Positions 33,431 to 46,186 of a stretch of 64,000 bases of DNA are shown piece after piece; position 1 is the first letter of the stretch; each line of letters starts with the position of its first letter. The position numbers and the translations under genes were made by a program. The notes beneath the pieces are model-generated. The model had not been told where the DNA came from, searched no databases, and saw only the letters and a list, made by a program, of their open reading frames with translations. The stretch is from Neoechinorhynchus agilis. Lineage: Eukaryota; Animalia; Acanthocephala. The DNA lies in NCBI GenBank assembly GCA_051530055.1, contig CM121341.1:1674001-1738000 (forward strand), read 5' to 3'.

Positions 33431-36400
33431 TTCGGACTACAACTCGATATTCTTAGAAATAACGCAAACGTCCCACTGATCTAAAAACGAAAGTACCTAA
33501 CTTACTTGCTTACTTGCTAAGTAGTTAAACATTGAGGCCTATTGGCAACAACAATAGTCCTTTTTGGGACACGAAATGCATCAATATGCACTTCCTATAC
33601 TGCACGGGAGATTATCTCCCTAAAGTGCCACTTGGATTTCTATTTTAATCAACAGCTTACGGACTACAACTCGATATTCAAAATAAAACGTCCAAAAACG
33701 ACGAGTTTAGTACCTAACTTACTTGCTAAGTAGTTAAACATTGAGGCCTATTGGCAACAACGTAGTGCTTTTTGGGACACGAAATGCATCAATATGCACT
33801 TCCTATACTGCACGGGAGATTATCTTATAAAGTTTATGCAGAATGCTAAAGTACCACTTGGATTTCAATTTTAATCAACAGCTTACGGACTACAACTCGA
33901 TATTCTTAGAAATAACGCAAACGTCCATTTTCATTGATCTATAGGAAACGACGAGTTTAGTACCTAACTTACTTGCTAAGTAGTTAAACATTGAGGCCTA
34001 TTGGCAACAACAATAGTGCTTTTTGGGACACGAAATGCATCAATATGCACTTCCTATACTGCACGGGAGATTATCTTATAAAGTTTATGCAGAATGCTAA
34101 AGTGCCACTTGGATTTCTATTTTAATCAACAGCTTACGGACTACAACTCGATATTCTTAGAAATAACGCAAACGTCCATTTTCATTGATCTATAGGAAAC
34201 GACGAGTTTAGTACCTAACTTACTTGCTAAGTAGTTAAACATTGAGGCCTATTGGCAACAACAATAGTGCTTTTTGGGACACGAAATGCATCAATATGCA
34301 CTTCCTATACTGCACGGGAGATTATCTTATAAAGTTTATGCAGAATGCTAAAGTGCCACTTGGCTTTCTATTTTAATCAACAGCTTACGGACTACAACTC
34401 GATATTCTTAGAAATAATGCAAACGTCCATTTTCATTGATCTATAGGAAACGACGAGTTTAGTACCTAACTTACTTGCTAAGTAGTTAAACATTGAGGCC
34501 TATTGGCAACAACAATTGTGCTTTTTGGGACACGAAATGCATCAATATGCACTTCCTATACTGCACGGGAGATTATCTTATAAAGTTTATGCAGAATGCT
34601 AAAGTGCCACTTGGCTTTCTATTTTAATCAACAGCTTACGGACTACAACTCGATATTCTTAGAAATAACGCAAACGTCCATTTTCATTGATCTATAGGAA
34701 ACGACGAGTTTAGTACCTTACTTACTTGCTAAGTAGTTAAACATTGAGGCCTATTGGCAACAACAATAGTGCTTTTTGGGACACGAAATGCATCAATATG
34801 CACTTCCTATACTGCACGGGAGATTATCTTATAAAGTTTATGCAGAATGCTAAAGTGCCACTTGGCTTTCTATTTTAATCAACAGCTTACGGACTACAAC
34901 TCGATATTCTTAGAAATAACGCAAACGTCCATTTTCATTGATCTATAGGAAACGACGAGTTTAGTACCTAACTTACTTGCTAAGTAGTTAAACATTAGAG
35001 GCCTATTGAATTGTGCTTTTTGTTACACGAAATGCATCAATATGCACTTCCTATACTGCACGGGAGATTATCTTATAAAGTTTATGCAGAATGCTAAAGG
35101 TGCCACTTGGATTTCTATTTTAATCAACAGCTTACGGACTACAACTCTATATTCTTAGAAATAACGCAAACGTCCATTTTCATTGATCCTATTGGCAACA
35201 ACAATTGTGCTTTTTGGGACACGAAATGCATCAATATGCACTTCCTATACTGCACGGGAGATTATCTTATAAAGTTTATGCAGAATGCTAAAGTGCCACT
35301 TGGATTTCTATTTTAATCAACAGCTTACGGACTACAACTCGATATTCTTAGAAATAACGCAAACGTCCATTTTCATTGATCTATAGGAAACGACGAGTTT
35401 AGTACCTTACTTACTTGCTAAGTAGTTAAACATTGAGGCCTATTGGCAACAACAATAGTGCTTTTTGGGACACGAAATGCATCAATATGCACTTCCTATA
35501 CTGCACGGGAGATTATCTTATAAAGTTTATGCAGAATGCTAAAGTGCACTTGGATTTCTATTTTAATCAACAGCTTACGGACTACAACTCGATATTCTTA
35601 GAAATAACGCAAACGTCCATTTTTATTGATCTATAGGAAACGACGAGTTTAGTACCTTACTTACTTGCTAAGTAGTTAAACATTTGACACGAAATGCATC
35701 AATATGCACTTCCTATACTGGCCTATTGGCAACAACAATAGTGCTTTTTTTTTGGACACGAAATGCATCAATATGCACTTCCTATACTGCACGGGAGATT
35801 ATCTTATAAAGTTTATGCAGAATGCTAAAGTGCCACTTGGATTTCTATTTTAATCAACAGCTTACGGACTACAACTCGATATTCTTAGAAATAATGCAAA
35901 CGTCCATTTTTATTGATCTATAGGAAACGACGAGTTTAGTACCTCTTACTTGCTAAGTAGTTAAACATTGAGGCCTATTGGCAACAACAATAGTGCTTTT
36001 TGGACACGAAATGCATCAATATGCACTTCCTATACTGCACGGGAGATTATCTTATAAAGTTTATGCAGGACGCTAAAGTACCACTTGGATTTCTATTTTA
36101 ATCACGGCTTACGGACTACAACTCGATATTCTTAGAAATAATGCAAACGTCCATTTTCATTGATCTATAGGAAACGACGAGTTTAGTACCTTACTTACTT
36201 GCTAAGTAGTTAAACATTGAGGCCTATTGGCAACAACAATAGTGCTTTTTGGGAAATGCATCAATATGAAACTGCATCAATATGCACCACTTCCTATACT
36301 GCACGGGAAACGATTATCTTATAAAGTTTATGCAGAATGCCTAAAGTGCCACTTGGGAGATTTCTATTTTTTAATCAACAGCTTACGGACTACAACTCGA

Positions 36401-37046
36401 TATTCTTAGAAATAATGCAAACGTCCATTTTTATTGATCTATAGGAAACGACGAGTTTAGTACCTTACTTACTTGCTAAGTAGTTAAAGTTAAACATTGA
36501 GCCTATAGGCAACAACAATAGTGCTTTTTGGGACACGAAATGCATCAATATGCACTTCCTATACTGCACGGGAGATTATCTTATAAAGTTTATGCAGAAT
36601 GCTAAAGTACCACTTGGATTTCTATTTTAATCAACAGCTTACGGACTACAACTCGATATTCTTAGAAATAATGCAAACGTCCATTTTCATTGATCTATAG
36701 GAAACGACGAGTTTAGTACCTTACTTACTTGCTAAGTAGTTAAACATTGAGGCCTATAGGCAACAACAATAGTGCTTTTTGGGACACGAAATGCATCAAT
36801 ATGCACTTCCTATACTGCACGGGAGATTATCTTATAAAGTTTATGCGAATGCTAAAGTACCACTTGGATTTCTATTTTAATCAACAACTTACGGACTACA
36901 ACTCTATATTCTTAGAAATAATGCAAACGTCCATTTTCATTGATCTATAGGAAACGACGAGTTTAGTACCTTACTTACTTGCTAAGTAGTTAAACATTGA
37001 GGCCTATAGGCAACAACAATAGTGCTTTTTGGGACACGAAATGCAT
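33430..37046 (+). repeat. Satellite with 251-bp unit, about 14 copies
   Basis: ACGAGTTTAG recurs at 33951, 34202, 34453 and 34704 (period 251). Units after about 35000 contain small indels. Confidence 0.97.
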
Positions 37047-37244
37047 AAGTCAGGAAATTGGTTTCGGAAGTAGCAACAAAAGCATGGGCGTTAACGAGTA
37101 ATGCAAAGTAATTAAAAGTAATAGCTTCTTTGTTTAGTTCATTGAAGCCTTTGAAAATCAAGGATTTTTAAGTACTTTAATTATAATTAATCTGTATAAT
37201 TAGTAATGCCTATCCGCACTATATCAATGTCGGCTTCTTGATCT

Positions 37245-37330
37245 CGCGATTTGATTGGTTGCACAAATTTACTGAGTGCAGTGAATCGCGCTGATTGGTT
37301 GCGCAACGTACTGTGGGAGCCTATTTATCA
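37245..37330 (+). promoter_or_regulatory. Putative promoter: two reverse CCAAT boxes and a TATA-like element
   Basis: TCGCG..GATTGGTTGC repeated at about 37245-37263 and 37286-37303, and TATTTAT near 37322, about 210 nt upstream of ATG 37537. The same arrangement occurs at about 45895-45980. Confidence 0.4.
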
Positions 37331-37536
37331 TACCATTGAACCCGAATTGTATACATCGCTAATATCTTTGGATATCGTACTAACGACCTAAACAGCTACG
37401 TTCTTAAACTCAACTTTCTACATCGGGTCATTACTATAATCTACTAATATTTAACGATCTGATCGCTTCCTTAAACGAACATCTATTCAACGGCAACAAA
37501 CGCGATCACCATTGCAAATCATTTTATCTTGCACAA

Positions 37537-39154
37537 ATGTCGGACAAAAGAACCCAATTGAGAATCGATCCAAGAACTGGGGAATACTACATTCCTAGTT
37601 ACCTACGAAGCGATGGAACTTGGACAGAAAGGATCGTCTTCCGACCGGCCAGAATTAACAATGAGCAACAGCGCTCAAATAATACTATAAGCTCAAATGC
37701 CACTATAAATGAAAATTTAAATCATGACTCGCAGCAAAGATCAAACCGAACCAGGAGTGTTCCAAGACCGAATCAAATTAACTATGCAAATAGAAATTCT
37801 CGTGGATCGGCACCTCTCGCTCGCTATCAACCTGATCGAAGCAAAAATGAACTTTCGAGGAGCAACAGTGCAACATACTCGGTATTTCGGTCCGGACACC
37901 AAAACAAAAATTCTGCAAATAGTGGCACAAATGTAGAAGGTGCAAATTATCAAAATCGTGCCAGAAGCGTACAGAGAGCTCTTCAATTAAATTCGCCTCG
38001 CGGAAATGGGCACAGAAGAGTCAACTTCAAGATTTCAAACTGCGACACTTAATAGTGCTATAAACACAGCGGGACACTTCAACGATTCAGGGAGCCAAAG
38101 GGCTCAATTCATCCAGAATCACCAAAATCCCACGCTACAACAACCACAAACAACAACCAATACTGCTATCGGCCAATCGATCAATTTCGGCGGCATTCAA
38201 AATGTTAACATGATTGGTGGCTTCCCATCCCAACGATTCACCCAATTACCTTTTGGACAAACAATACAGCCAATGCCTCAACTTATCGCCAATATGCAGG
38301 CATTATCTTTGGGGAATCAAGTTGGACAAATTTATCCATTAAATCAACCCAATGCGGCTTATGGATTAGGGTGCGGTGCAACCGGTGTTAATCAATTTCC
38401 TTCGGGATTTCTGCTGCCACATCAACTACAAAGGATCCCAAATACATTTAATGCACCCAATCACACCTTTGAGGCGGATAAACCAATTGATGAGGGAGAA
38501 GCTTTAAAAACCCAGCCGAAAAAAGATCATCTCTCGACTAAACTATATATCAACCGGAAAAACGGCGACCACGAGGAAAAGGTCCCAGTCATTGTGGAAT
38601 TGAGCATCCGCGCCGACGACCAAACAAACAGTGAACTTCGAAAATGTACAAAGGGCGGAATTAAGAATGCTTCTTTGCGGCCACGACATCGAGATAATTC
38701 AAATATTCCCAGTTATTTATGGACTTATCTGCGTCCAGCTCAAAGGGATTACATAAAAAAGAACAAAGTTGAAGGAGAGCCCGGCGATATAGAAGATATC
38801 GAAGACGTTGTCTTTGCGTTGGAACGTGAGGAAGAGATGCCGCCGATTCCGGAAAAATTTACTATTGTTATCCAAAAGCCCGAAAAGGAACAGAAAATTC
38901 CTGAATGGTTTACCTGCCACAAAGACGAACAATGGCAGGATATCGGCGATGAAACCTTTATGGAAGAGTTTCTAATGGGCGATGATGATATGGAGATCTT
39001 AAAATTGAATGCCGATACACTGAACACTAATAACAAAGACATGGCCTTTATTATGAAGTCATTGGCCAATAGTAAAGTGCATATTGAAGCTGTCACCATT
39101 GTAAATGATAAAGAAGATAAAGACAGTGAAAATAATTCAGATGAACAGAACTGA
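37537..39154 (+). pseudogene. Copy 1 of the 540-aa PYM-like/Q,N-rich ORF, split by a 2-nt deletion near 38015
   Basis: Near-identical to 46187-47809. GGGCACAGAAGAG here versus GGGCACGAAGAAGAG in copies 2 and 3. This could be a consensus error. Confidence 0.75.
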
Positions 39155-39629
39155 AGAAATACGGAGGCTAAATAAAGAAGAAACGATTAACTCGGCAGGA
39201 AAATAAACCAGGATGCTCAAAATGGGAATATCGAAATTTGCGAAAATGAAAAGTTTATAAAAAATGAAGAGTGATCGAACAAACTGTCGCTGCTTTTTGA
39301 TGTGCTTAAATAAAAAAATTAAAATCAAGTGTTTCAAATGGGCATTGATTTTCACTTGTCGCCTATTAAGCAAATAATTTTTAGGGGTATTTGTGGGCAC
39401 TTAAGATTTAAAAAATGATTTAATATTCTGGAGCGTTAAAAATTTATACAAGTTTGTTTTGTTTAGTATTTAGCGAAAAAATAGGAATATTTATTGAATA
39501 AAATGGATTCAAATAAATATTTACTTACAGATATTGGGAAGACTAAAAAGGTTAAAAATACATAGCTTCAAATTTAAAACATCTCGAGTGTCATTTCATA
39601 AGCAATTGTGATCACCGCATAAATCAAAG

Positions 39630-41530
39630 GATGAACGAATTTGTGTTTCGGAAAGCCTTTCATTTCCAAATTTTTTCAAAACATAATTATGTTAAATGGA
39701 ATTTAAAGAGAGAACAAGTCACATTTTCTTCACATCGACTATGTATATTTTTTGAAGCTTCTAGTCAGTTATTTTTTGAAACATATCATTGGCGAAATAA
39801 CAGCTATCAAAACTGTCAGGATTCATAGATATCCACCAGCAACTTTTTGTGAACCTGAAATCAAATTACAGAGTAACAAATCATTCCATGACAAAGAATG
39901 TTTTCAAGATATTCTAAATGAAAAAATGTCTTCAAATTAAAAAGAGTAAAGACAAAAACCTTTTACCTTGGTGCAACAAATAAGACATTGAACGGGATTA
40001 TTTTTAAAGTACTTTGAGTAATTGCTGAATGGCGAAGTATGGAAAAAGGTAAAAATACCGATGATAAATCTCATACATGTCCGGTATCCACTCAAAGTTT
40101 GATGTTGAGATTGAAGAGCAGTGTCCGATAGAAACGAAATCTAAATCCAGTTTTGAAGACGGGAGCTGTAAAGAAATTTCAAGAAAGAGGCTGTCATCAA
40201 CCATTCAAGGTGAAGAGAAAACAAAAATTCAGCGGACAGATTCAACACATCTCCGTCAAAGAATCTTGATGACTATGAACTCTGAGCACAAAATTGTGAA
40301 TTCTGATTTATTAAGGAGCATCGTTGATGAAATTCTGAAGGCGAAGTTAGCCTGAGTGAAATTCGTCAATCCGGATTGATAGATGTCCTTGGAGAGATGC
40401 TCGACAACAAGGATAATGCTCCACTCAAGAAACTCTTAATCCAAGTTGCTATGAAGGTCAAGGAGGCTTTCAATCAAAAACGATCTAAAGAAGGACGAGC
40501 GACCAAACCCAAATTAAATAAACCAAAAGAAGTAGAACCCGAAATATCAGATACTGATTCTAGTGATCGGGATTCTAACGCAATTTCGGACAAAGAGAAC
40601 AGAATCGCCGAAGAGAATCAATAGCGATGGAGAAATAGAAACGGGACTTCACAACGTCGAAAACGTTCACAGTCAACAGATTTCAGAATCCAAACAATTG
40701 ATGCCGCCTTCTCGTTTAACCAAGAAGATTAAATTACTAAAGTTTTTATTGGATTCGCAATACGCAACAAAAGCCTAGAACTGGTGGACGATGTCCTTTC
40801 CGAGATTTCAGAATTAGAGATGACTGTGGATGAAATCAAAGATTCCGATCTTATAACTATTCTCCATAAGATGGCCAGCAACGAGGAAAACGAACCGTTA
40901 ATCGACATTATCGATAAAATCGGAAAAAAGATCGGGAATCTATAATCGGCAACCTACGGAAATGTCCAATATTTCGATCGAAAATAAATCAGGGTCACAA
41001 TTGAAGGACAAATCACTCGAATGAATCGATTTCAAAAAAAAAATCAAAGCCTTCAATTGAAATGAACTTGAGCATCAAGGAACTCTGCGATCGTTTAAAA
41101 AGCATCTTGGACGAGAAGTTCACAGTTCGGAACCACGCGATGCTAAAGCGGATACTCAGCGCGATGATTAAACGTGAAATAGCGCTGAGTGAAATTCGGA
41201 ATAACAATTTGGTCAACATCCTAAGTCAAGTTCGTTCGAATCAATTAAATATTCGGCACAAAAGACTTTGTTGAAGAAAATAAATGACGGCTGATATGAA
41301 TTAAAAAATTTAAATCTCGAAAACGAATAGTGGACCTGAGAAATAAATCTGAAGGAAAAATGTTGGCGACGGAAACAACGGAGCAGCAGAAAACGAGAGC
41401 AGAATTCATGGGGAAATCTGAAGGAAAGACAAATATCAGATCTAACGAGGATAAAAACGAAGCTAAGACGGACATTTCTGATTTCACTTCCGAGGGTTCA
41501 ACCGGTTTCGAAACCGATTATTCGAACATC
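39630..41530 (+). pseudogene. Disrupted copy of the TFIIS-N-like helical-repeat gene
   Basis: Fragments 40077-40355, 40376-40624, 41062-41274 and 41330-41686 align with 12920-14345, with several stops and frameshifts. Confidence 0.7.
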
Positions 41531-42599
41531 AATAACAACTTTATTTATAAAAGTACGATCTATGTTCAACTGGAATTTTCGTTACCGATGGTTTTGAAAA
41601 TAACGTGGGGTGTACAGCATCGAGTTGGCGACCCAACATTTAATGTAGTTGAAATCCAACAGGGAAACCTAGAGCGCCCCTTTTAGACTCATAAAGTCTT
41701 GATTAAAATCGTTAATAATTTTCTCGCTGTACATTGCATTCTCCCCGCAATCTATCTTTCTCTCAAAGAATATGGCATTGCGCCCGCTGTTCCTGGATTT
41801 GAGTGAAATACACAGGCTGCAGGTCGCATTCGCTTATTTTTGTCTTAATATTATTTGATAGGATGTTTTGTTGTGGAAACATTAAAGGTAAGAAAGTTTC
41901 ACTTAACCACTTTCATCCCTTGAGGGTTTAGGTGGCTCTTTCAACTTTACTGCAAATTCACTTGCGAGAAACAATCCCTTCCTCAACGTTATCCCCTATC
42001 TGCCCCAACAACCCGCTTAGGAATCAACTCTTTTTTATTGACGAAATGCCCTTAAATTTTTCTATCATATGAATAAATCAGGCTCCAATATCTACTTTTT
42101 AGTTGTCCACCGTCACGCGTAGTTTCCTATTTTGCTCCATCAAATTGTAAATGTCTCTCCAAGTTTTCCAATTTTATATCATTATCCTCTTCCGCCTTCC
42201 ATGGTACGACTAACCGACTCTCTTTGAGTCCTGTTCGAGAAAGTGTACGGCTAATCCTGAAATTGACGAAGATGATCATTGGAACGCTGATTGATATAAA
42301 ATTCGTTTCAAAAATTCAATTAACATTACAGGTAATCGGAATCTTCTTGAATGATTCATTATTTAATTTCTAAACATACTCCACAATACCGTGTTTTTTT
42401 AACACATTTAGCGATTGTATCTCCAAAACTAGAATGAGACTTTACTAAATCTTCTTATGAATTTTAACTCTTCCCTGTTTCTGAGAGCCCATAAAAGATG
42501 CTCAACTTACAGGTCATGCTGAAATACGTTTGATTACTTAATCTAGCGATTCAGCCATCTTAATCCCGGTTACTCTTCCTTCCATACATACCGCGAGGT

Positions 42600-44115
42600 C
42601 CGCCCAGGAAGATGGTCTCAATCTACGAACGGCAATCTTTCACATCGGCGAAACCCCGATCGAGAATTCATCGCAATCCACTTTTCAGCTCCTGGCTCCT
42701 TTCCTCTTCATCTTGGTGATTGATTGGGTAATGAGATGGGCACTATCGGATGATGAAGATGGATTTCTTCGGTTGAGGAAAAGAGGTCGCAGGTATCCTG
42801 AGATACACGCCTCCTACATGGCATATGCCGACGACATCATGTTGATGTCCTCAACAGTCGAAGGAGCTCAACGCATGCTAAATAGACTGTGCGAGAGGGC
42901 GAATATGATTGGTATGACCATCAACTCGAAAAAGACGATTCCGCATGTCGCGCATACAGTCTCTGGCGAAGGGCCGAATGGCGTTGAGCAATTAAAACAG
43001 ATAGAGCGGTATGTCTATCTGGGAGCTGTCGTTCCTGAGGTGAGTGCGGATGTCAGCCGACGGAGAGCTATAGCTTGGAGAGCAATGGGGCAACTTAAGC
43101 CACTGTTTGACAGTGAGTCTTTGCCAGACGAACTCCGCTCGAAGCTGTTCAGGACTCTAATTGAGAGCATTCTCTACTACAATGAAGAGACCTGGACACT
43201 GTAACCAACGACGACGATGCAGTTGGACCAAAATCATTCATCTCTCTTACGTGCGGCGTTCAAGCTCAGATGGTCAGTAAAGTGACCAACAAAGCACTGT
43301 ATAAGAGCCGGAGTCCAACCGCCCAGTAAATATTTGCGCCACAGACGACTGCAGTTCACGGGCAATATAATTCGGTCCGAGGCATCTTGCCCACAGGTCG
43401 TGCAACAGTCCCTTTTCTAGAAGCCAACGACATTGTATCGTAAAGGCAAAGGGAACTGTCGTGCATACGATGACCTGATTTTAAGAGACGCGAATTGCCC
43501 GCATAACACGACTGCTGTCGTGTATTTTAGATCCCTTGCGGAGTCTAATTCTATTTGACGGGCTTATACCTACGGTGCAACGTAAATGGCATTAGAGAAT
43601 TCACCATTGCTGGTATCTATCGCCCTCCTGCCTCTCGTCCTGAGTCCTCTTTACGTAAACTGGTTTCCATGATGGAACTCATAAACTCTGCAAATTTACA
43701 CCATTTCTAAATTGCAGGGGACTTCAATGATCTATTTCTTCCTCTACCATTCTCCGAGTTGCGTCAACTTATTAATTTCCCAACTCGTCTTGACGCTCAC
43801 CTCGACAAAGTGTTAACAAATATCAACGCCTACTCATCCGCCCTTAAACTCCCTCCCCGCGCGAACTCTGATCTGATTCTTTTGCTTTTATCACTCCCTC
43901 AACCCCACCTCAGCGTTTAAAATCTCCCCGTTTACCCGTCTGGAATAAACGTGATCATCACACCGAAAATTTTATAAAATTGTTTAACTCTAACATCCAC
44001 ACGTCCCACTGACAAAACAAATGACCCTTCCTTGGCAACGTCCTCCCTAACCTTAATCATAGAAAATTCCCTAATCACGACAATTCCAAAGAAATTCAAT
44101 AGAATCTCCAACCGT
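42600..44115 (+). mobile_element. RTE-like RT 3' half (42600-43556) followed by an L2-like APE fragment
   Basis: LAPFLFILVIDWVM, AYADDIML, INSKKT, YVYLG and ETWTL. The APE fragment matches 33037-33430 and continues to about 44115. Confidence 0.85.
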
Positions 44116-45700
44116 GACGAGTTTAGTACCTAACTTGCTTGCCAAGTAGTTAAACATTGAGGCCTATAGGCAACAACAATAGTGCTTTTTGGGTCCCGAA
44201 ATGCATCAATTTGCACTTCCTATACTGCACGGGAGATTATCTTATAAAGTTTATGCAGAATGCCAAAGTGCCACTTGGATTTCTATTTTAATCACGGCTT
44301 GCGGACTACAACTCGATATTCTTAGAAATAATGCAAACATCCATTTTCATAGATCTATGGGAAACGATGAATTTAGTAGCTTACTTACTTGCTAATTAGT
44401 TTAACATTGGGGCCTAAAGGCAACAACAATAGTGCTTTTTGGGACACGAAATGCATCAATATGCGCCTCCTATACTGCACGGGAGATTATCTTACAAAGT
44501 TTATGCAGAATGCTAAAGTGCCACTTGGCTTTCTATTTTAATCAACAGCTTACGGACTACAACTCGACATTCTTAGAAATACCGCAAACGTCCATTTTTA
44601 TTAATCTATAGGAAACGACGAGTTTAGTACCTAACTTACTTGCTAAGTAGTTAAATATTGAGGCCTATTGGCAACAACAATAGTGCTTTTTTGGACACGA
44701 AATGCATCAATATGCACTTCCTATACTGCACGGGAGATTATCTTATAAAGTTTATGCAGGACGCTAAAGTACCACTTGGATTTCTATTTTAATCACGGCT
44801 TACGGACTACAACTCGATATTCTTAGAAATACCGCAAACGTCCATTTTTATTGATCTATAGGAAACGACGAGTTTAGTACCTTACTTACTTGATAAGTAG
44901 TTAAATATTGAGGCCTATTGGCAACAACAATAGTGCTTTTTGGGACCGAAATGCATCAATTTGCACTTCCTATACCACACGGGGTATCTTATAAAGTTTA
45001 TGCAGGACGCTAAAGTACCACTTAGTTCTATTTTAATCACGGCTTACGGACTACAACTCGATATTCTTAGAAATACCGCAAACGTCCATTTTTATTGATC
45101 TATAGGAAACGACGAGTTTAGTACCTTACTTACTTGATAAGTAGTAAAATGTTGAGGCCTATTGGCAACAACAATAGTGCTTTTTTGGACACGAAATGCA
45201 TCAATATGCACTTCCTATACTGCACGGGAGATTATCTTATGAAGTTTATGACGAATGGTAAAGTACCACTTGGATTTCTATTTTAATCAACAGCTTACGG
45301 ACTACAACTATATATTCTTAGAAATAATTCAAAGGTCCATTTTTATTGATCTATAGGAAACGACGAGTTTAGTACCTAACTTACTTGCTAAGTAGTTTAA
45401 CATTGAGGCCTATAGGCAACTACAATAGTGCTTTTTGGGACACGAAATTCATCAATTTGCACTTCCTATACTGCACGGGAAATTATCTTATAAAGTTTAT
45501 GCAGAATGCCAAAGTGCCACTTGGCTTTCTATTTTGATCAACAGCTTACGGACTACAACTTGATATTCTTAGAAATAATGCAAACATCCATTTTCATAGA
45601 TCTATGGGAAACGATGAATTTAGTAGCTTACTTACTTGCTAAGTAGTTAAACATTGAGGCATATAGGCAACAAAAATAGTGCTTTTTGGGACACGAAATG
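44116..45700 (+). repeat. 251-bp satellite, about 6 copies
   Basis: Same unit as 33430-37046. It ends at the same register (GGGACACGAAATGC) before the unique flank CAGGAAATTGG. Confidence 0.95.
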
Positions 45701-46186
45701 CCAGGAAATTGGTTTCGGAAGTAGCAACAAAAGCATGGGCGTTAACGAGTAATGCAAAGTAATTAAAAGTAATAGCTTCTTTGTTTAGTTCATTGAAGCC
45801 TTTGAAAATCAAGGATTTTTAAGTACTTTAATTATAATTAATCTGTATAATTAGTAATGCCTATCCGCACTATATCAATGTCGGCTTCTTGATCTCGCGA
45901 TTTGATTGGTGCACAAATTTACTGAGTGCAGTGAATCGCGCTGATTGGTTGCGCAACGTACTGTGGGAGCCTATTTATCATACCATTGAACCCGAATTGT
46001 ATACATCGCTAATATCTTTGGATATCGTACTAACGACCTAAACAGCTACGTTCTTAAACTCAACTTTCTACATCGGGTCATTACTATAATCTACTAATAT
46101 TTAACGATCTGATCGCTTCCTTAAACGAACATCTATTCAACGGCAACAAACGCGATCACCATTGCAAATCATTTTATCTTGCACAA

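Noticed and set aside
35000-36500. Rearranged or indel-rich satellite units as biological higher-order structure
   Set aside because: Homopolymer-length changes and short local duplications look like long-read consensus noise, and this cannot be resolved without reads.
33430-37046. CRISPR-like array
   Set aside because: Units are contiguous near-identical 251-mers with no unique spacers and no cas genes. The same applies to the 118- and 450-bp arrays.
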